From the NCBI RefSeq assembly GCF_009914755.1, contig NC_060935.1: a stretch of 64,000 bases of DNA, one strand, 5' to 3'. The DNA is from the human T2T-CHM13v2.0 reference genome, Homo sapiens. Both the position numbers and the translations under genes were made by a program. Positions 15,481 through 29,840 of the stretch are shown here, one piece after another. Under the pieces are notes generated by a model. The model did not search any database. It was given only the letters and a program-made list of their open reading frames with translations, and was not told the origin of the DNA. The stretch's first letter is position 1; the number at the start of each line of letters is the position of its first letter.

Positions 15481-16809
15481 TCTTCATCAGTATTTTAAAA
15501 ATATTCTTCATTACATTTCAAATTTTCTTAAATAATCTTTTCAAGTATATTAGTTTTATAATTAAAAGTTATTTTTTTCAAAATGTTAATGATATTTTTG
15601 TTTTTTTTGCCATCCAGGTTTTTCTATTCTATGAACTCCTTGTCTTGGGCTGTCAAAAAGATCTATTTGAATCTGTAAACAAGTAGAGATTACAGTGTGC
15701 AAAAAGTAATCCTTTTTGGCACCTCTAGTAAGCTCTGCTTCTTGCAGATCTCGGAGGATCTTAAGCCATATAAGCCATCACTAAAAACCATAGTTAGTGT
15801 GTAAGCTGCTTTATCCACTTATGATTTTCTTTTGGCTCAGGAGATTTACATTCTGCCTATTCATCACATTTACTAAGTAGAGAGCTATTTCACAGCTACC
15901 ATCCTACAATTACTCCCTGCTGATTGTTTCCTAATTCTCCTTGGAGAGGTCTGAGTCTCTAATTGGATGGCTAGAGGAAATTATCCTCAGAGGTCATGTC
16001 ACTATTCTGGTCAGTGAAAATTTGCAATGGATTTTCCAGAAAGTATAAAGTCTGGGCAGTAGAGGCCCACTGCCTCTGTCTGTGCAATGCTATTTCTGAA
16101 TACAAGGAATTTTGGCTTCTCAATTCTTTCGAACAGTACTAAAGTAACACTAAAAAGGGTGAGAAAGAGAGATAACAGTACTGGAAGAGGAAAAAGAAGA
16201 AGAAGAGGAAAAGAAAAGAAAAACAGTAAGAAAAAAAACCCAACCTGTATTTCACATATAATGGTCATGGGAGACATTAGAAGTCTAGAGTCATCCTTAT
16301 TTGTTTTGATTGCTCACGTTGAAAACCACAGCCAATTTTCCAATCTGCCACCTTCACTCTAACTGGGTTAAAGTAGTATGCATTAGGAAGCTTTTGCAGA
16401 AATGAAATTATTTTGCCAGGAATGATCGCAGAAAGAATGTTCTCATAACGAAAGGCCATGTTAGGTCTTTCTCATTTCTTTTGGGGAAGCCAAATCTCAT
16501 GAAACAACAACACATATATTCCCAGGAGTGACAGGACATGCCTTTCCTATCAGTGTCATGTGGGACAGAATGTACACAAGTCGTGGGAATATCCAGAAAG
16601 CTGAGTCTACTGCAGGAATGCTGATAGCTTAGCTAGACTTCAACTCATACCAATATTACTGTGTAATTTGCAGACTGTAGATATTTTCTTAAGCAGATTT
16701 TATCAGACTAAAGGTACCACTTGACACCCACACTCAGGTTTTATAATACAGGCTCTCAGGTAACTTATACCTCTGCACGGCGCATATACCATATATATAA
16801 AATCACTTG

Positions 16810-16960
16810 CTCAATGTCTGTCTTTCTCTTTATCATTATAAGCCTCCTGCTTTCAGGAACTATGCATTTTTTGTTCACTCTTGTATTCCTTGGGCCTGGT
16901 GCTGTGCCTAGGACAGAGTTGACACTCACATAAACTCTGCATATTGAATGAATGAAGGAG
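16810..16960 (+). mobile_element. L2 3' end
   Basis: ttgttcactcttgtattcc...gtgcctaggacagagt...ttgaatgaatgaa. Confidence 0.7.
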
Positions 16961-17084
16961 GAGTGTTTGAGGGAACCTGACAAAAGAAGACCTCACTAAA
17001 ATGGCATAAAGAGCAGTGCTGATAAAATGTCGTGTCCATCACAAAGTACTACAGGTCTATTTGCTGTCACTCTCCATTAACCTG

Positions 17085-17250
17085 AAAATAATACTAGTTA
17101 CCATTTATTGAGTAGCTACTATATATTCCAAGGTCTTTGCATACATTAGGCCATTTAATTCTGAGAATGCTACAAGGTAGCAATTATTATTTCATTTTGT
17201 AGATTAAAAAACTGATGTGCAAAAAATTTACTTAAGATCACAGCTGCAGA
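17085..17250 (-). mobile_element. MIR
   Basis: accatttattgagtagctactat...cattttgtagattaaaaaactga...aagatcacagct. Confidence 0.7.
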
Positions 17251-18280
17251 GCACATAGTAGGCTCTTAACAATGACTTGTCAAAAAAGGAATGCAAGGGA
17301 AGAGGAATTTAACCAGTCATTTTAACCTAAAGCCTATTTTTTTTTTACTCATTGTATCCCACACCTTCCCAGATAGGAAATTTAGGTGAATCATATTTGT
17401 AGAATGCATACACCTATGTAATACTGAGCTAGCTACTGCTAACTAGGCTTCTGCAGAGATGGCCAGGCTGCTTCTAGAGTGGTACTTAGGCCTTTTGCAT
17501 CATGAGAAGACAGGGTGCTCAGAAAGATGGGATAAAATTCCACTCAGCTAAGCTTCCTGGGTGTAAAACTTAGGGATGAGTTTTTCTGTCTTTGAGAGTG
17601 AAACTTAATGAGAAACACTGCTAAGGGTTTCAGCATTTTCCTGACGGGAGTGAGGAGCAGCTCCACGGCAGCACGGTGGTAGAAACCAAGAACCCCCAAA
17701 GAGACAGCAAAGATGAAGTGGCAGTAGCAAGGCATGGCTGAGGCCAAGGCCACATCTGGAAGAAGTAGGAGAAACCATGGGCGAACAACTCCAACTGGGC
17801 TCATCTAAATCTCACAGAAGCAAATGCCCTCACATAAAGGTCCAGTCTATGTGTGATCAGTTAGATTTGTCATTTTCTAGGCACTAGTGAGCTTGCTTCC
17901 AGAGGACGTGGGGGAAATGTGAAATCCTAAGCAAGCCTCTGACTCCAAGGTCTGGTTCCTGGGCCCTGGAAACTTGTCTGGGGAATGATGACCTTGATGG
18001 GGTAGGTGGTTGTGTCAGAACGCACCCCTATTGATTGTGGCAAGATGAACTTAATTTTTCTATTTAATTTCTTCCACACTTGGCTTCAGGGTATTGAAAT
18101 ATGCTTACGGGGAACAATAGATCCTTGCGGGATGGGGTTCTCTGTGCCATTAACAATGGTTGAGCTTATTCTACTACATCGGTCCCCTGCCAAGAGACAA
18201 ATAGCAGGAAAAGAACTCAATGCTTGTTAGGACTTTTTTCTTACAGAGATTGGGGACTGATAGCTAAACTGGGTTTAGGT

Positions 18281-18655
18281 TGTTGTGGCCTAACATGTCC
18301 CATCCCTATCCATATGTTGAAGTCCTAATCCCCAGTCTCAGAATGTATTTGGAGATAAGGTCTTTAGATAAGTCATTAAGTTCAAGCGAGGTTCTTAGGG
18401 CTGGCTCCGGTCTAATATAACAGGTGTCCTAAGAAGAGGAAATTTGGATATTGACATGAACAGAGCAATGACCATATCAAGACACCAGAAGAAGACAACC
18501 ATCTATAAGCCAAGGAGAGAGGCCTCAGAAAAAATCAACCCCTTCGACACCTTGATCTTGGACTTCTAGCTTCCAGAACTGTAAGAAAATAAATTTCTGG
18601 TGTTTAAGTCACCCAGTCTGTGGTACTTTTACGTCAGCCCTAGCAAATGAATGCA
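18281..18655 (+). mobile_element. MLT1B MaLR solo LTR
   Basis: tg...ca ends; catatgttgaagtcctaatcccc...aagccaaggagagaggcctcag...ccagaactgtaagaaaataaatttctg. Confidence 0.88.
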
Positions 18656-18854
18656 GTGGTCCAGGGTTCTGAAGATATTTCAGAAAGGCTTAGGGTAGAT
18701 GAAGCAAGGCTGAGGGGGAAGATGAAATACCTGTGGCCCCAAACTTTGCCTGTATAATTCAATCATCAGGTTTTGGTGTACTTTAAAGCAATGCACAAGC
18801 AGAATATACAACTGTTCATGAAAAACAATATTATAGAAATGATAGTCACAGTGA

Positions 18855-19165
18855 TTTGTGGAATGTTTATTGCATGCCAGCCTCTGTTCCAAGTACTGTA
18901 GAAATGCTGTTTAATTTTCACAACAGCATTCTGAGGTAGGTAGCCTAAGTATTCCCATTTTATGTGTATGGAAACAGTCACAGATGATTAATTTAGCCAC
19001 AGAGAGTAATTTACTCAAGGTCACCCAGCTAGTTGCAGGGTCTGGGCTCTGACAGGTGAATGGGCTAAATAAGACTCAAAGGCACTTAGTAGTTATTCCG
19101 AGTCATGAAATGAGCAAGGAAGTAGCAGAGCTAAGACTTCCAGTCAGCTGCTTTGTCTTCAGATG
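18855..19165 (-). mobile_element. MIR (one or two fragments)
   Basis: attcccattttatg...ggaaac...tcaaggtcacccagctag. Confidence 0.65.
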
Positions 19166-20013
19166 TTCCCTTTTGAGTTCCTCACAGGCTGCCATGAGTT
19201 AGACAAATGGCACTAACACACCGAGTGTGTCTCTATTACTCTTGAAAAGAAACAGCCTTTCATAAGCAAGAAAGTTAAAACAGCAGTGATGGTCAGCTAA
19301 AGATGGCCTCCTTCAATTCTATTTTTGTTCACAACTTTTCTTCCTCACTTCTGAAACCCCTCAGAAAAAAACTCTTCTGCTCATGCTTAGTGTTTATTTT
19401 ACGTGATTGATCTCACCACTGGAATTACGCTGTGCTATAAGGCTGCAGTAATCCTTAACCAGTGACTCACAAACCCAGCTGGTGCTTAATTTGTATTGCA
19501 ATCAGCAGTGTGGGAGCACGTTTTTCTATTTTCTGAGTAAACATACGAACCCAGGATCAATATAGATTGGAGACTGTTTGCAATTAACAAAAGATGAGTT
19601 CAATGATATTATGCGGGGTGGGGGGGGGGCAGGGAAGAAGAAAAGCAAGGACCCTCATTTAAAAATTCATCCAGGTGCTCTCATGTTGAAATGTCTGAAT
19701 AAATTATCACAGAATTAGAAAATTGTGTATAATTAAGGTTTTTTAATGCACCTCTGTTAAGTATTAAAACACAAACATACAGAAAAAGAAGCTTTTGAGA
19801 ACACATATTTGTTTTGATTAAGGATAAGACATTTGATAAAAGTTAATATATTTGCCAACACATTACAAATGAGCATGAAGATGATAGATTTTTTTGGTGT
19901 GTATCTTCCCTCCTATTTGTGTGATAAACAACTGCCATGTATTCCATATTTTCTATGGATATTGTTAAGACTTGGACTGACCTCTCAATCATATTTTACT
20001 CACTTATTTAATC

Positions 20014-20610
20014 TGTAAACCAAAAATAAAATTCTACACCCACCTCAACCACCTGAATGGACTTCCTCCTCAGCCAGGGCACTCTTAAAACTTAACATGA
20101 AGGACTGGTTCAGGCCATGATGGGAAGTGGGGATCAGGTATGCCTCATTATACCTCTCCATCATTAACATCAACACATACTTTAGGTCTGATAAGAAACT
20201 TTTTACAGCCTATTTTCTCTGAAGCCTACTACCTGAAGGCTTCCTCTGCAAATAAGAACTTTGGTCTCCACAATCCTTTATCTTAACCCAGGCATTCCTT
20301 TCTATTAATTCCAGGTCTTTAGATAAACTCAACCAATTGTCAACTAGAAAAATTGTAAATCTGTCTATAAGCTGGAAGCCCCCACTTCAAGTTGTCCCAC
20401 CTTTCTGGACCAAACCAACGTATTTCTTAAATGTATTTAATTGAAGTTTTATATCTCTCTAAACTGCATAAAACCAAGCTGTACCCCAACCACCTTGGGC
20501 ACATGTTCTCAGGACCTTCTGAGGGCTGTGCCATGGGGCATGGTCACTCATTGTTGGCTCAAAATAAATCTCTTCCAGTATTTTACAGAGTTTGACTCTT
20601 TTCATTAACA
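20014..20610 (+). mobile_element. MER4 (MER4A/A1-like) ERV1 solo LTR, full length
   Basis: Starts tgtaaaccaaaaataaaattcta; ends aaaataaatctcttccagtattttacagagtttgactcttttcattaaca. Confidence 0.9.
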
Positions 20611-20800
20611 CTTCTATTCACTCATTCAAAAATATTTATTTCTGGCCTGCTTATGCTCAAAACTGGAGATAAGGCAGTCAGTATAACAAAATATGGTCCT
20701 GTTTGTTGAAGATCTTAGGGTCTGGAGAGGCAGTGAGTCACCAAACAATCATGTGAATGCAATGTTGATAAATGCTGTGAAGGAGGCATAAATGGTGTTC
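20611..20800 (-). mobile_element. L2 3' end
   Basis: attcactcattcaaaaatatttatt...tgataaatgctgtgaagga. Confidence 0.6.
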
Positions 20801-23574
20801 CAGCTACAAAAATAGCTGGCTCTGACTCCCGAACTAGAATTATTTCTCTGATGTGTTTGCAGAGGTGATATGAAATGCTGTTAACTATGGGTGAAAGTTA
20901 AAGAATAGTCAATGCGTTCATCTAGAAATATTTTTCTCTTGCCACATTTAGCTTTGGGTTAATTGTTTGGTAGAACTTATTTTGTGGCTGCCTGAAAATA
21001 TGAAATCTTCTAGCTCAGCGGTCTTACACACTGCTCATTCACAACTATTTATACTATCATCAAGTGGTTAATGTGCACTAAACCAACTAAAGGACTAATT
21101 TAAAAGTTTCTTTTTCTGCTTTTTTTTTTTTTCCTGGGAACCCAGTGGCATCCTAGGGATTTGTCAGAACACTGTCAACAGAGGAAGACTCAGGAAAAGA
21201 ATGAAAAGTCCAGCTGCTCCCAGCCCTTTCCAGCCTCCATTCATTATGCTTAAGTCTGTTCCTACATAGTGGGCTGTTTCATTGGGGCTGCATGGTGTTT
21301 GTCCCTGACTGGAGTGGAAGTTTCAGAAGAGTGAGCTCTTGGAGAACTGAGAGTTAAGTTAGCCTCTTTACAAACTAAATGGATGTTTTTTCATTGGAAA
21401 CGAGTTCTTTTCTACACAACTTATATCTAGAAAGTCAGTTAGCCAGTAAATATATGAGATTCAAAAAAGGTCTGAAGGAAATACGAATGGTAGGGAGAAA
21501 GGAAGGCAGGCAGAGAAGTCAAGATTTTGAAAATCAGTAAAAACTATTATGAGCAAAAACATTTCTTTTTGACCAGCTAACCGTTCTGTCAAACTAAGTT
21601 CTAGCCAGATAATCATAGCTACTGCATAATAATGGAATTTTTTTTTATTGTGCTGTGACATGCCTGAAATAAATTTCATTAGAACTGGTTATTGATATGA
21701 GACTTAAGTAGCAGAGGAAGCTTGCTGTAATCAGCCAATGTTTTAGTATTTTTCTCAGTATTTTAGAGCATTAGTATTCTTTATCAATATAAATATTTAA
21801 AACCTATGAATTGAAAAAATAAGCAAAAAGAAATGGAAGTTAACGATGATATTTCTATTTGATAGTCTGTAATGTTAAGAGGAACTAAGTATAGAAGATA
21901 AGACTTCTAGAGTTTCCTAAATCTCTAAATGTTTCACACTGAATTTTATCTAAATAGTTACTACATGCCCTTTAAGAGAAACTGATAAATGATTCACACT
22001 AAGGGGAAAAAAATCAGGAAATATTCAGACTTTAGTTACTGGCAGAGTAGAAATGATACATTTTCACATTGCTTTAATCTCTAATCAACATTAAATTAGA
22101 AAATGAAACAAATGTTCTGAAACAAAGAAAAATCAATGAAAAGACACAAAGAGCATAAATATGTGGAATGTAATCAAAATTGTAGCTAATTGTTATGCTG
22201 AAAAAATTAGCTACATGTGGACTGAATAAAATAAACTCTATGAAATTGCCGACATTTGTAGTTTGTTCAATATGCAGCATTGTTCAAAATGCCAAGTGTT
22301 AGGAATGACTGTTGTAGTCACTGTTTTGATCTCAAGGCAATTGAACAAAAGTGATGAAGTTTAAGAATAGGAAATTTTGGGGACCTATAAATTTATAATA
22401 AAATTAACAAATGAAATAGAATACATCCTGGACTTAAAAATGGAAGAATCTAAACACTAGCTAGTGTTTTCATCTGAATTCACTTTCAACAAACATGAAA
22501 AATGGGGATAATTATGTTTTTTTAATCCCCTATTGTACCAAGGACAAACAAACCAATATATTAAAAGCCCTTTGTGGTCCTCAGGGGAAAGGCAAAGAAA
22601 ATTCATCGATGACTTCAAACTGGTGGTAAATGGAAACACTCACATTCTGTTTGGTTAACAGTGAACTGATACCTGGCAAAGTGTCCTCTTGTGATATCAT
22701 TCAGGATTGAGCAAAGTTGTGGACAATAGGATAAGCAAAGTGGAAGTTTCTTTCATGTATCTGTGAATCTCTTAGTAAGGCTCATGCAAAGCTTGGAAAT
22801 TTTCTTCAACTTATGTAGCTACATGGGGCAGCTCGGGGCAGAAGGTTGTCATTGTAGCCACCTCCAATCAACTCCTCTTATCATCTGGCAGCCATTTTGC
22901 GAGGCAGAAATGTAACCCCACATAGCCCTTCCTTAACTATCTCTTACAAGCTTGGAATCTTCTTAAACTTGACATGCAGGCCTGAAGGTAGCTTAGTAAA
23001 CTAAGTCATCTCTTAGGTATAACTTTCTCCACAACCGATGAATCTCTGTTGTCACTTAACACATGGAGAAATAAAGATAGGTGTTATCCTACCCTCATTG
23101 TTGGAGATAATTGAGAGAATATAAACAGTGAAGAAACAAATCAAGTTACGAATGCCATAGGGGCATTGCCTCACATCTTTAAATTGGTACATGTTCTGAA
23201 AGGAATTGGTTGCTATGAATCAATGATCAAAAAATGTTTAAATCCATTGGTTTAGCCATCTCATTCTAAGGAAATACAGTAATTCAAAAGAAGGTAAATT
23301 ATATGCAAAAAGGTATCAAATACATGTTTAGTAAAAGTTTTGTCATAACAATAAACCAACTGGAAATAAATTAGTTGTCCAGAAATAGTGGTATACTTAT
23401 GGCACTCAGCTAGAAGAAATATTAAGCAGTTATTTATATGTATCATTATAAAGCTGTGGCTACATAAGTGCTTATAATATTTAGTAGAAAAAAATCTAAA
23501 AAGTTATATGCATAGGATAATTGCAAATGTATGTGAATATATATGCAGAAGAAAAATAGAAGGGAAACACACAA

Positions 23575-23830
23575 ACAAAATTTAGTAAATGTTGACTTAG
23601 TGCCAGACTCTGTTCTAAAAATTGAAAGAAAGCAGTGAAAAAAGACAGGACACTGTTCCCTTAACATTTACATTTAGTGAGAGGAAATAACAAGCAGTAA
23701 AAATGAATAAACAAGAATATGTCAGATAGCGACAAGTGGTATAAAGAAAATGATTTTGATAGAGTATGTAGGGAGGGGGTTATTTTGGATTGCAGAGTTG
23801 AGGAAGACCTCTGAGTGGATGGACTGTCAT
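23575..23830 (-). mobile_element. L2 fragment
   Basis: gtgccagactctgttcta...gcagtgaaaaagacag...ggaagacctctgag. Confidence 0.7.
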
Positions 23831-26540
23831 CAGGGGTCCAGAAGCTCTGACTGTGAGCTACTTTAGGCACTTGTTGTGACCTCAGCCCTCTTCACATCCT
23901 TCCCAGCTGCCAAATGGAAGTCATCATCTTATCTACATCCTGGAGGAGGTTCCTGAGAATGGAGTCATTCTTGTGCACAGGGGCAAAGGTTTTCTTCTGC
24001 AAGAACAGAGTGACCAGAACTTCAGCTTGTTTGCTGCAAGTCCTACGTCCTATGTGGCATTCCTCAGGGGCAGTTATCTAAAGGGTAGTCAGCATTTCTA
24101 GGTCCATCCAGTGGAAGCTGCTGACCTGAGTATGGTTTCTTGCATCTTCAGTTTATACAGTCTCCAGTTCAAATCAGAACCAAATGCTAACCCCGTGTGG
24201 TGACCACAACCTTGTATTGCATTTGGAATCAGCTCTTTTTCCTTCCACCTGCCCAGTGTTCTATCCGAATGCATCTTTCTCTGACTTGTTTCCTCTAGTG
24301 GGGAGCTGGAGGGATTCAATCCTGGTGAATCCCTCGTGGAGGACTCAGATGCTGCACTTAGCTGCCCCCTCCCTTACTTGCAAACTGTGCACAGTGCCTG
24401 GGGCAGAAAGAGGAAATGTGATGCAGTTTGCTCTGTTAGCATCTCCAGCAGGAAGAGTACAAATAGAGGCATTTTTCTTACTAAAGTTTGTTAAGCCTGG
24501 ATTCTTCCCTCCTCTCCTCCCATAAATAGCATACTTAATGGCCAAGTGGCTAAAGTCATTCTAATTGCTAAAGTTCAGCAGTGAGATGGCCTTGAATAGG
24601 GCTCCTGTCCCCAGTGTGTGTATGACAGCAGTCCAAGGGCCTTAACTCTTCTCAAAGTCACCAGTATTTATTTTTGTTTTTATGACTGAAATGAGGCCTA
24701 AAGTTCTGCAAAGAGAGACCTGATGAAATGGTGGCCTTCCACCCACCACTAGACTGGGAGTTTGCACAGGACTGTGAGGGGAGTGGGTAGTAAATTGCTG
24801 GTATTGATGAATGTAGGATTGATTTCTCATTTACCTTGAGACTCATATTACATTTAAGATCATCTAGATTGTGTTGAAGAAGAGGCACAATACTCTTGGC
24901 AAACCTGATGTATTAAAATAAAGCTGTCCCCTACAACCTCTCAGTCACACATGGTATTACTGTAGCCAAACCAGTGTGTGTCTCAGCCATGGAGATAGAC
25001 TGCTCTTAACTTGCACAGCACCTTGAGGGAGCAGGCAATATATGGATAAGGATCAGGGTACAGAAGGACCAATGGGAATGTTGTCATCCTGGTGGTCAGA
25101 GCGTCTGGAGGAGGCAGATGGACCTCACCAGGGAAGTTTCATTGGGTCGGTTTTGTGCAGAAATTTCCTATAGCTAAATTACCAACCCTCCAACTCCTCT
25201 CCCTGGTATATAATGCCTGAATGGAATTATAATCAACTGCATTGCATCAAAAGCCTTAAAATGAGTCAGAGGTTTCTCCCACCCAATGCCATTTCTCACC
25301 CTCTAATCCTACCTAATCTTTAACAAAACCGCAGTAATTCTAATGACAATCTCTATTTTGTTGGACTTTCTTATAGCTGTTAAACTACTTGTGCTATAAT
25401 AAATAAATAATTAATGAATAAACCAACAAACAAAGGCCTGAATAACAGGAATGACAAGGACTATTTTAGGACGAGATTTTAGGGAATTTGCTCTCCCACC
25501 AATGCAAATTATCTAAAAGGCTATATTTAAAAAGAATCATTACACACAGCTATGTTTAAGAATATTAAGGTAAGAAATTTCTTATACTTTATGTGTGCAC
25601 AGCATCTGGTTCTTAGAGCAGATTTGAGATTGGACCTGCTTGAGAGTATCCACTATGAGTAATTTTATTTATTTCTTTGTTTCCTCCCCACCCTTTCCTT
25701 TGCCCTCATCTCTGTCTGGTTCAGAGACAATGCTTGCTTCACACTTGCTTGGTATTCTGGCTCTGTCTTGTCTTATCAAAATGCTAAGGCTGTGTTCACT
25801 GCAGCCTCAGGTCATGACTTTTAAATAACAATAGGAAATTGCTATGAGGATGTATGTAATGTTGCATTGTCTAAAATTTTTCTTCACAAAAGATACATTT
25901 TTGGCATCTAGAGATATTTCTTTGTCTTATTTCATTGTAAATATAATGCATTGTATAAATCCATGAGTCATTTCCAATCACTCGACAGATTGTACTCAAA
26001 AGACTGTTTGGCAAGACCCCAACGTAATGCATAGTTAGTCATCTGCTCCACCATCTGTCACAAATATGTTATTTGGATACTCTTAAAGCTTTGATCTAGA
26101 TCAATTCATTGTGATTGACAGGAATCCATCTTAGAACCTTAAAATATAGTCTGCCTGATTTTTTACAGCTTTCTTTACAACAAAATTCAGACACATAAAT
26201 ACACTGTGTTTTCTATGCTCAAAACATCAAGTTGGGGAGATATCAGTTTGTGGATTAAGGTCTGATTTGCTTCAATTATATAAACATTAATTGAATATTA
26301 GGTCATTGAGGTTGTTCAATTTGTATGTAACCATCTCAGTCAGATTAGTATAAAAATTTCAACTCCTCAAAAAGTCTCCCATGTTTATATCTGCTTATAG
26401 TCATTTGTGGCTCTATGTCAACAGGACACTTTTATACTCAATATGTATGATATTTACCAAGTGTCCCTTAATGGGAAGATTTTGGGGGCATTCGGAGGTG
26501 ATCATATCTATAGCTTCTCTATCTGTCAAAGGTGCAACTT

Positions 26541-27056
26541 TTATAGGAGCTGGACTCCAAAGATGACTTCCAACAATTCCTCTATATATGTTCATGGTCA
26601 TGCTCAAATCAAGAAGTAAAACTTATTTTTCTTCTTTCTAAATCTAGATGAGCCAACAGAAAGCGGTGAAAATGGCATACTGGGACTTCAAAACTGAGAT
26701 ATTAGAGAGTTAGCAACTTCCTTTTGGAATGTTTTTATCAAAATGGCCCCTAATAGAACTCAATAGCTATTTTGTGAAAAACTCAACCCACATGGAAAGG
26801 CCATGTCACTTCAGCTGACAGCCTCAGCTGAACTCCCAGCTGAGAGCCAGTATCTACTGCCATCCACGTTAGTAAGCCCACTTGGACATTCCACCTTAAT
26901 TCGCCCCTAGATGGCTAAAGCTCTTTGATGAAATTGTGTGGAGCAGAAGAACAATCCAGCTGAGCCCAGTCAAGCCAAAGAATCATGAGAGATAACTAAA
27001 TGGCTGTTCTTTTACACTACTCAGCTGGATGCTGCATAGCATTAGATAAATAAAAG
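26541..27056 (+). mobile_element. MLT1H-like MaLR LTR
   Basis: gacagcctcagctgaactcccagctgagagccag...gagcagaagaacaatccagctgagcccagtcaa...agaatcatgagagataa. Confidence 0.8.
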
Positions 27057-28641
27057 CCTTGTAAGGTCTCTATGCCTATCAGGAGCCAGGGTCTTCAGTG
27101 GGCGGGTGTCTTCTGTGGGGAAAAAATGTTACCATCCCTGAGAATAAAATTTACAAAGGGGTCTCCTGATGGACCTATAGTCAGGGTTTCCCAGAAAACC
27201 ACAACTCTATTGAAGTTCCTCACTCTGGGACAGAGAAAAACAGATGAAAAGCCTATGAGTAGATGTATTCTTGCTTTCACCAATTTCACTCCTACACCTG
27301 CTGGCACATTATTTTTACAGGTGTTTTGTAACTTCCATGCATTTTCTTTCATATTGCATTATAAGCTATTTGTGGTAAAGGGGGAAAAAGTACAAGCTCC
27401 TTCCCAGGAGTATAGCCTTGGCATGATACTTGGATCTCCTGTAGTCTGTTTCTCTTTCAGTTAGATGATCCACTTTGCAAGATTACTGTTAGAATCAAGT
27501 GAAAAAACTTAACTGTTTTCTCTTTTACAATACCCTAAATGCACTTCTAAATTTTTTTGATATGCAGAGTTTTGCTATATTTCTCTTTTTTTTTCTTGTT
27601 TGCCTTGTCTTGTATATGACAGAGACTTGACATGTTTAAATGATGAAAACATTGATTTATGTTTGGAAACAATGTGATATTTATCTCATTTTTTTACCTG
27701 GAGGATTTTCTGGCAGTATATAAATGGATACTTTGCCTCATACGATAAATTATAGCACCACGACAGAGTGAATAGTCCCAAGGCACATAGTTTCCCAAAG
27801 TGAATATGATTAAACTCAGTAGGAGGGTGACGCATCACTGGCTCTCCTGAACATTTGGATATGCGACCATTAGAATGACCTTCCTGGCCAAGTAGGGCTG
27901 AAGAGTTTTACAAATGGTTCTGGTAGATAAGCAATGAAACTAATCAGAAGTTTTTTCAGGATGCAGAAGTTCAAAATGGTGCCATTTTATAATCAAGTAC
28001 AACACTGAAATTGGAGTTTCTTGTTTCCTATTTTCTCATCGTTTAGAAATAAAATCCATTTGAGCAAATAATTCAGATAATGGTGTCTTGCCATGCACAT
28101 GAGCATGACACCTTTAAAAATGAACTTTTAGATGGGTATGCTTCTTTTGGCTTGGCTTGAGATGCAGGAAATCTGAGCTCTTTTTTTTCCAGACTTACCT
28201 GTGGGATTATATTTGTGATCTCACTTTATTTAACACTCTGTGTCCCAGGACACTGACACTTCTGTAAAAAAGAGAAAAGAAAAAAAGAACTGTCTCCTGG
28301 GGTCTCCTGACTTGCATATCCTTTAAGATAAGAGAGTAAATGGTCTTAAATAGTTTTACTGCTCTTTAAGGAATGAGTCTAATATATGAAAATTTAAATC
28401 GATACATCATGAAGTTGTTTTTTTGTGTGTATGAATGTCTGTATTTAATTTAATTTTCAACAACTTTTTCAAGGTGTAATTGTTATAGAAAAAAACTGCA
28501 CTTATTTAATGTACATGATTTGATGGGTTTGAACATATGTATGTATCTGTGAAACCATCACCATAATCAATATAATAAACATTATCATGTTCAAAAGTTT
28601 CCTTCTGTTTCACCTTCTTTTTTTGTGGTAAGAACCCTTAG

Positions 28642-28922
<281 letters not shown>

Positions 28923-29840
28923 TAACAAACTTTTAAGTGAACATTCTAGTATTAGTTATAGGCTCTATGTTGGATAGTAGATCTCTAGAAATTATTCATC
29001 TTGCATAACTGAAAATTTATATTTGTTGAATAACATCTCTCCATTTCCCCTCCGCCTAGTCCCTGGTAACAATCATTCTACCTTCTGCTTCTGAATTTGA
29101 CTATTTTAGATACCTCATATAAGGGAAACTGCAATATTTGTCCTGTCCTTATTTCACTTATTTGTCTTATTTCACTTGCCACATTGTGCTCCAGTTTCAT
29201 CCATGTTGTCACATATGGCAGGATTTTCTTCTTTTTTAAAGAATAATATTACATTGTTTGTATATGCCACATTTTCTTTATCTATTCATCCACTTATGAG
29301 CATTTAAGTTGTTTCCATATCATGAATATTGAGAATAATGCTACAATAAACATATGAGTGAACATATCTCTTTGAGACCCTATTTCAATTTAATTAAATA
29401 TATACCCAGAAATGAGATTACTGAATATATAGTTTTTTTTTTAATTTTTAGAGGACTCTTCATACTGTTTTGCATAGTGGCCACACCATTGTACATTCGC
29501 ACCAAAAGTGTACAAGGCTTTAACTTTCTGTACATTCTCATCAACACTTGTTATTTTTTGTCTTTTAGATAATAGCCATCCTAACAGGTGTGAAGTGATA
29601 TCTTGTTTTGGTTTCAATTTGCATTTTCCTGATGATTAGTAATGTTGAGCACTTTTTCATATACCTGTAGACCATTTATATATCCTCTTTGAAAAAATGT
29701 CTAGTCAGATCCTCTGTTATTTGCTTTGTTATGGAGTTATAGGCATTCCTTATATATTTTTGATATTAACTCCTTATCAGATACACGGCTTACAAATATT
29801 TTCTCCTATTTCATAAGGTGCCTTTTCATTCTATTATTTC

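Noticed and set aside
16150-16240. Purine-rich tract giving a strong minus-strand acceptor at 16181 and a Lys/Arg-rich ORF
   Set aside because: Low-complexity sequence with no matching donor nearby
24829-24925. 70-nt minus-strand exon-like unit 24904-24835
   Set aside because: Both splice sites only moderate; no further support
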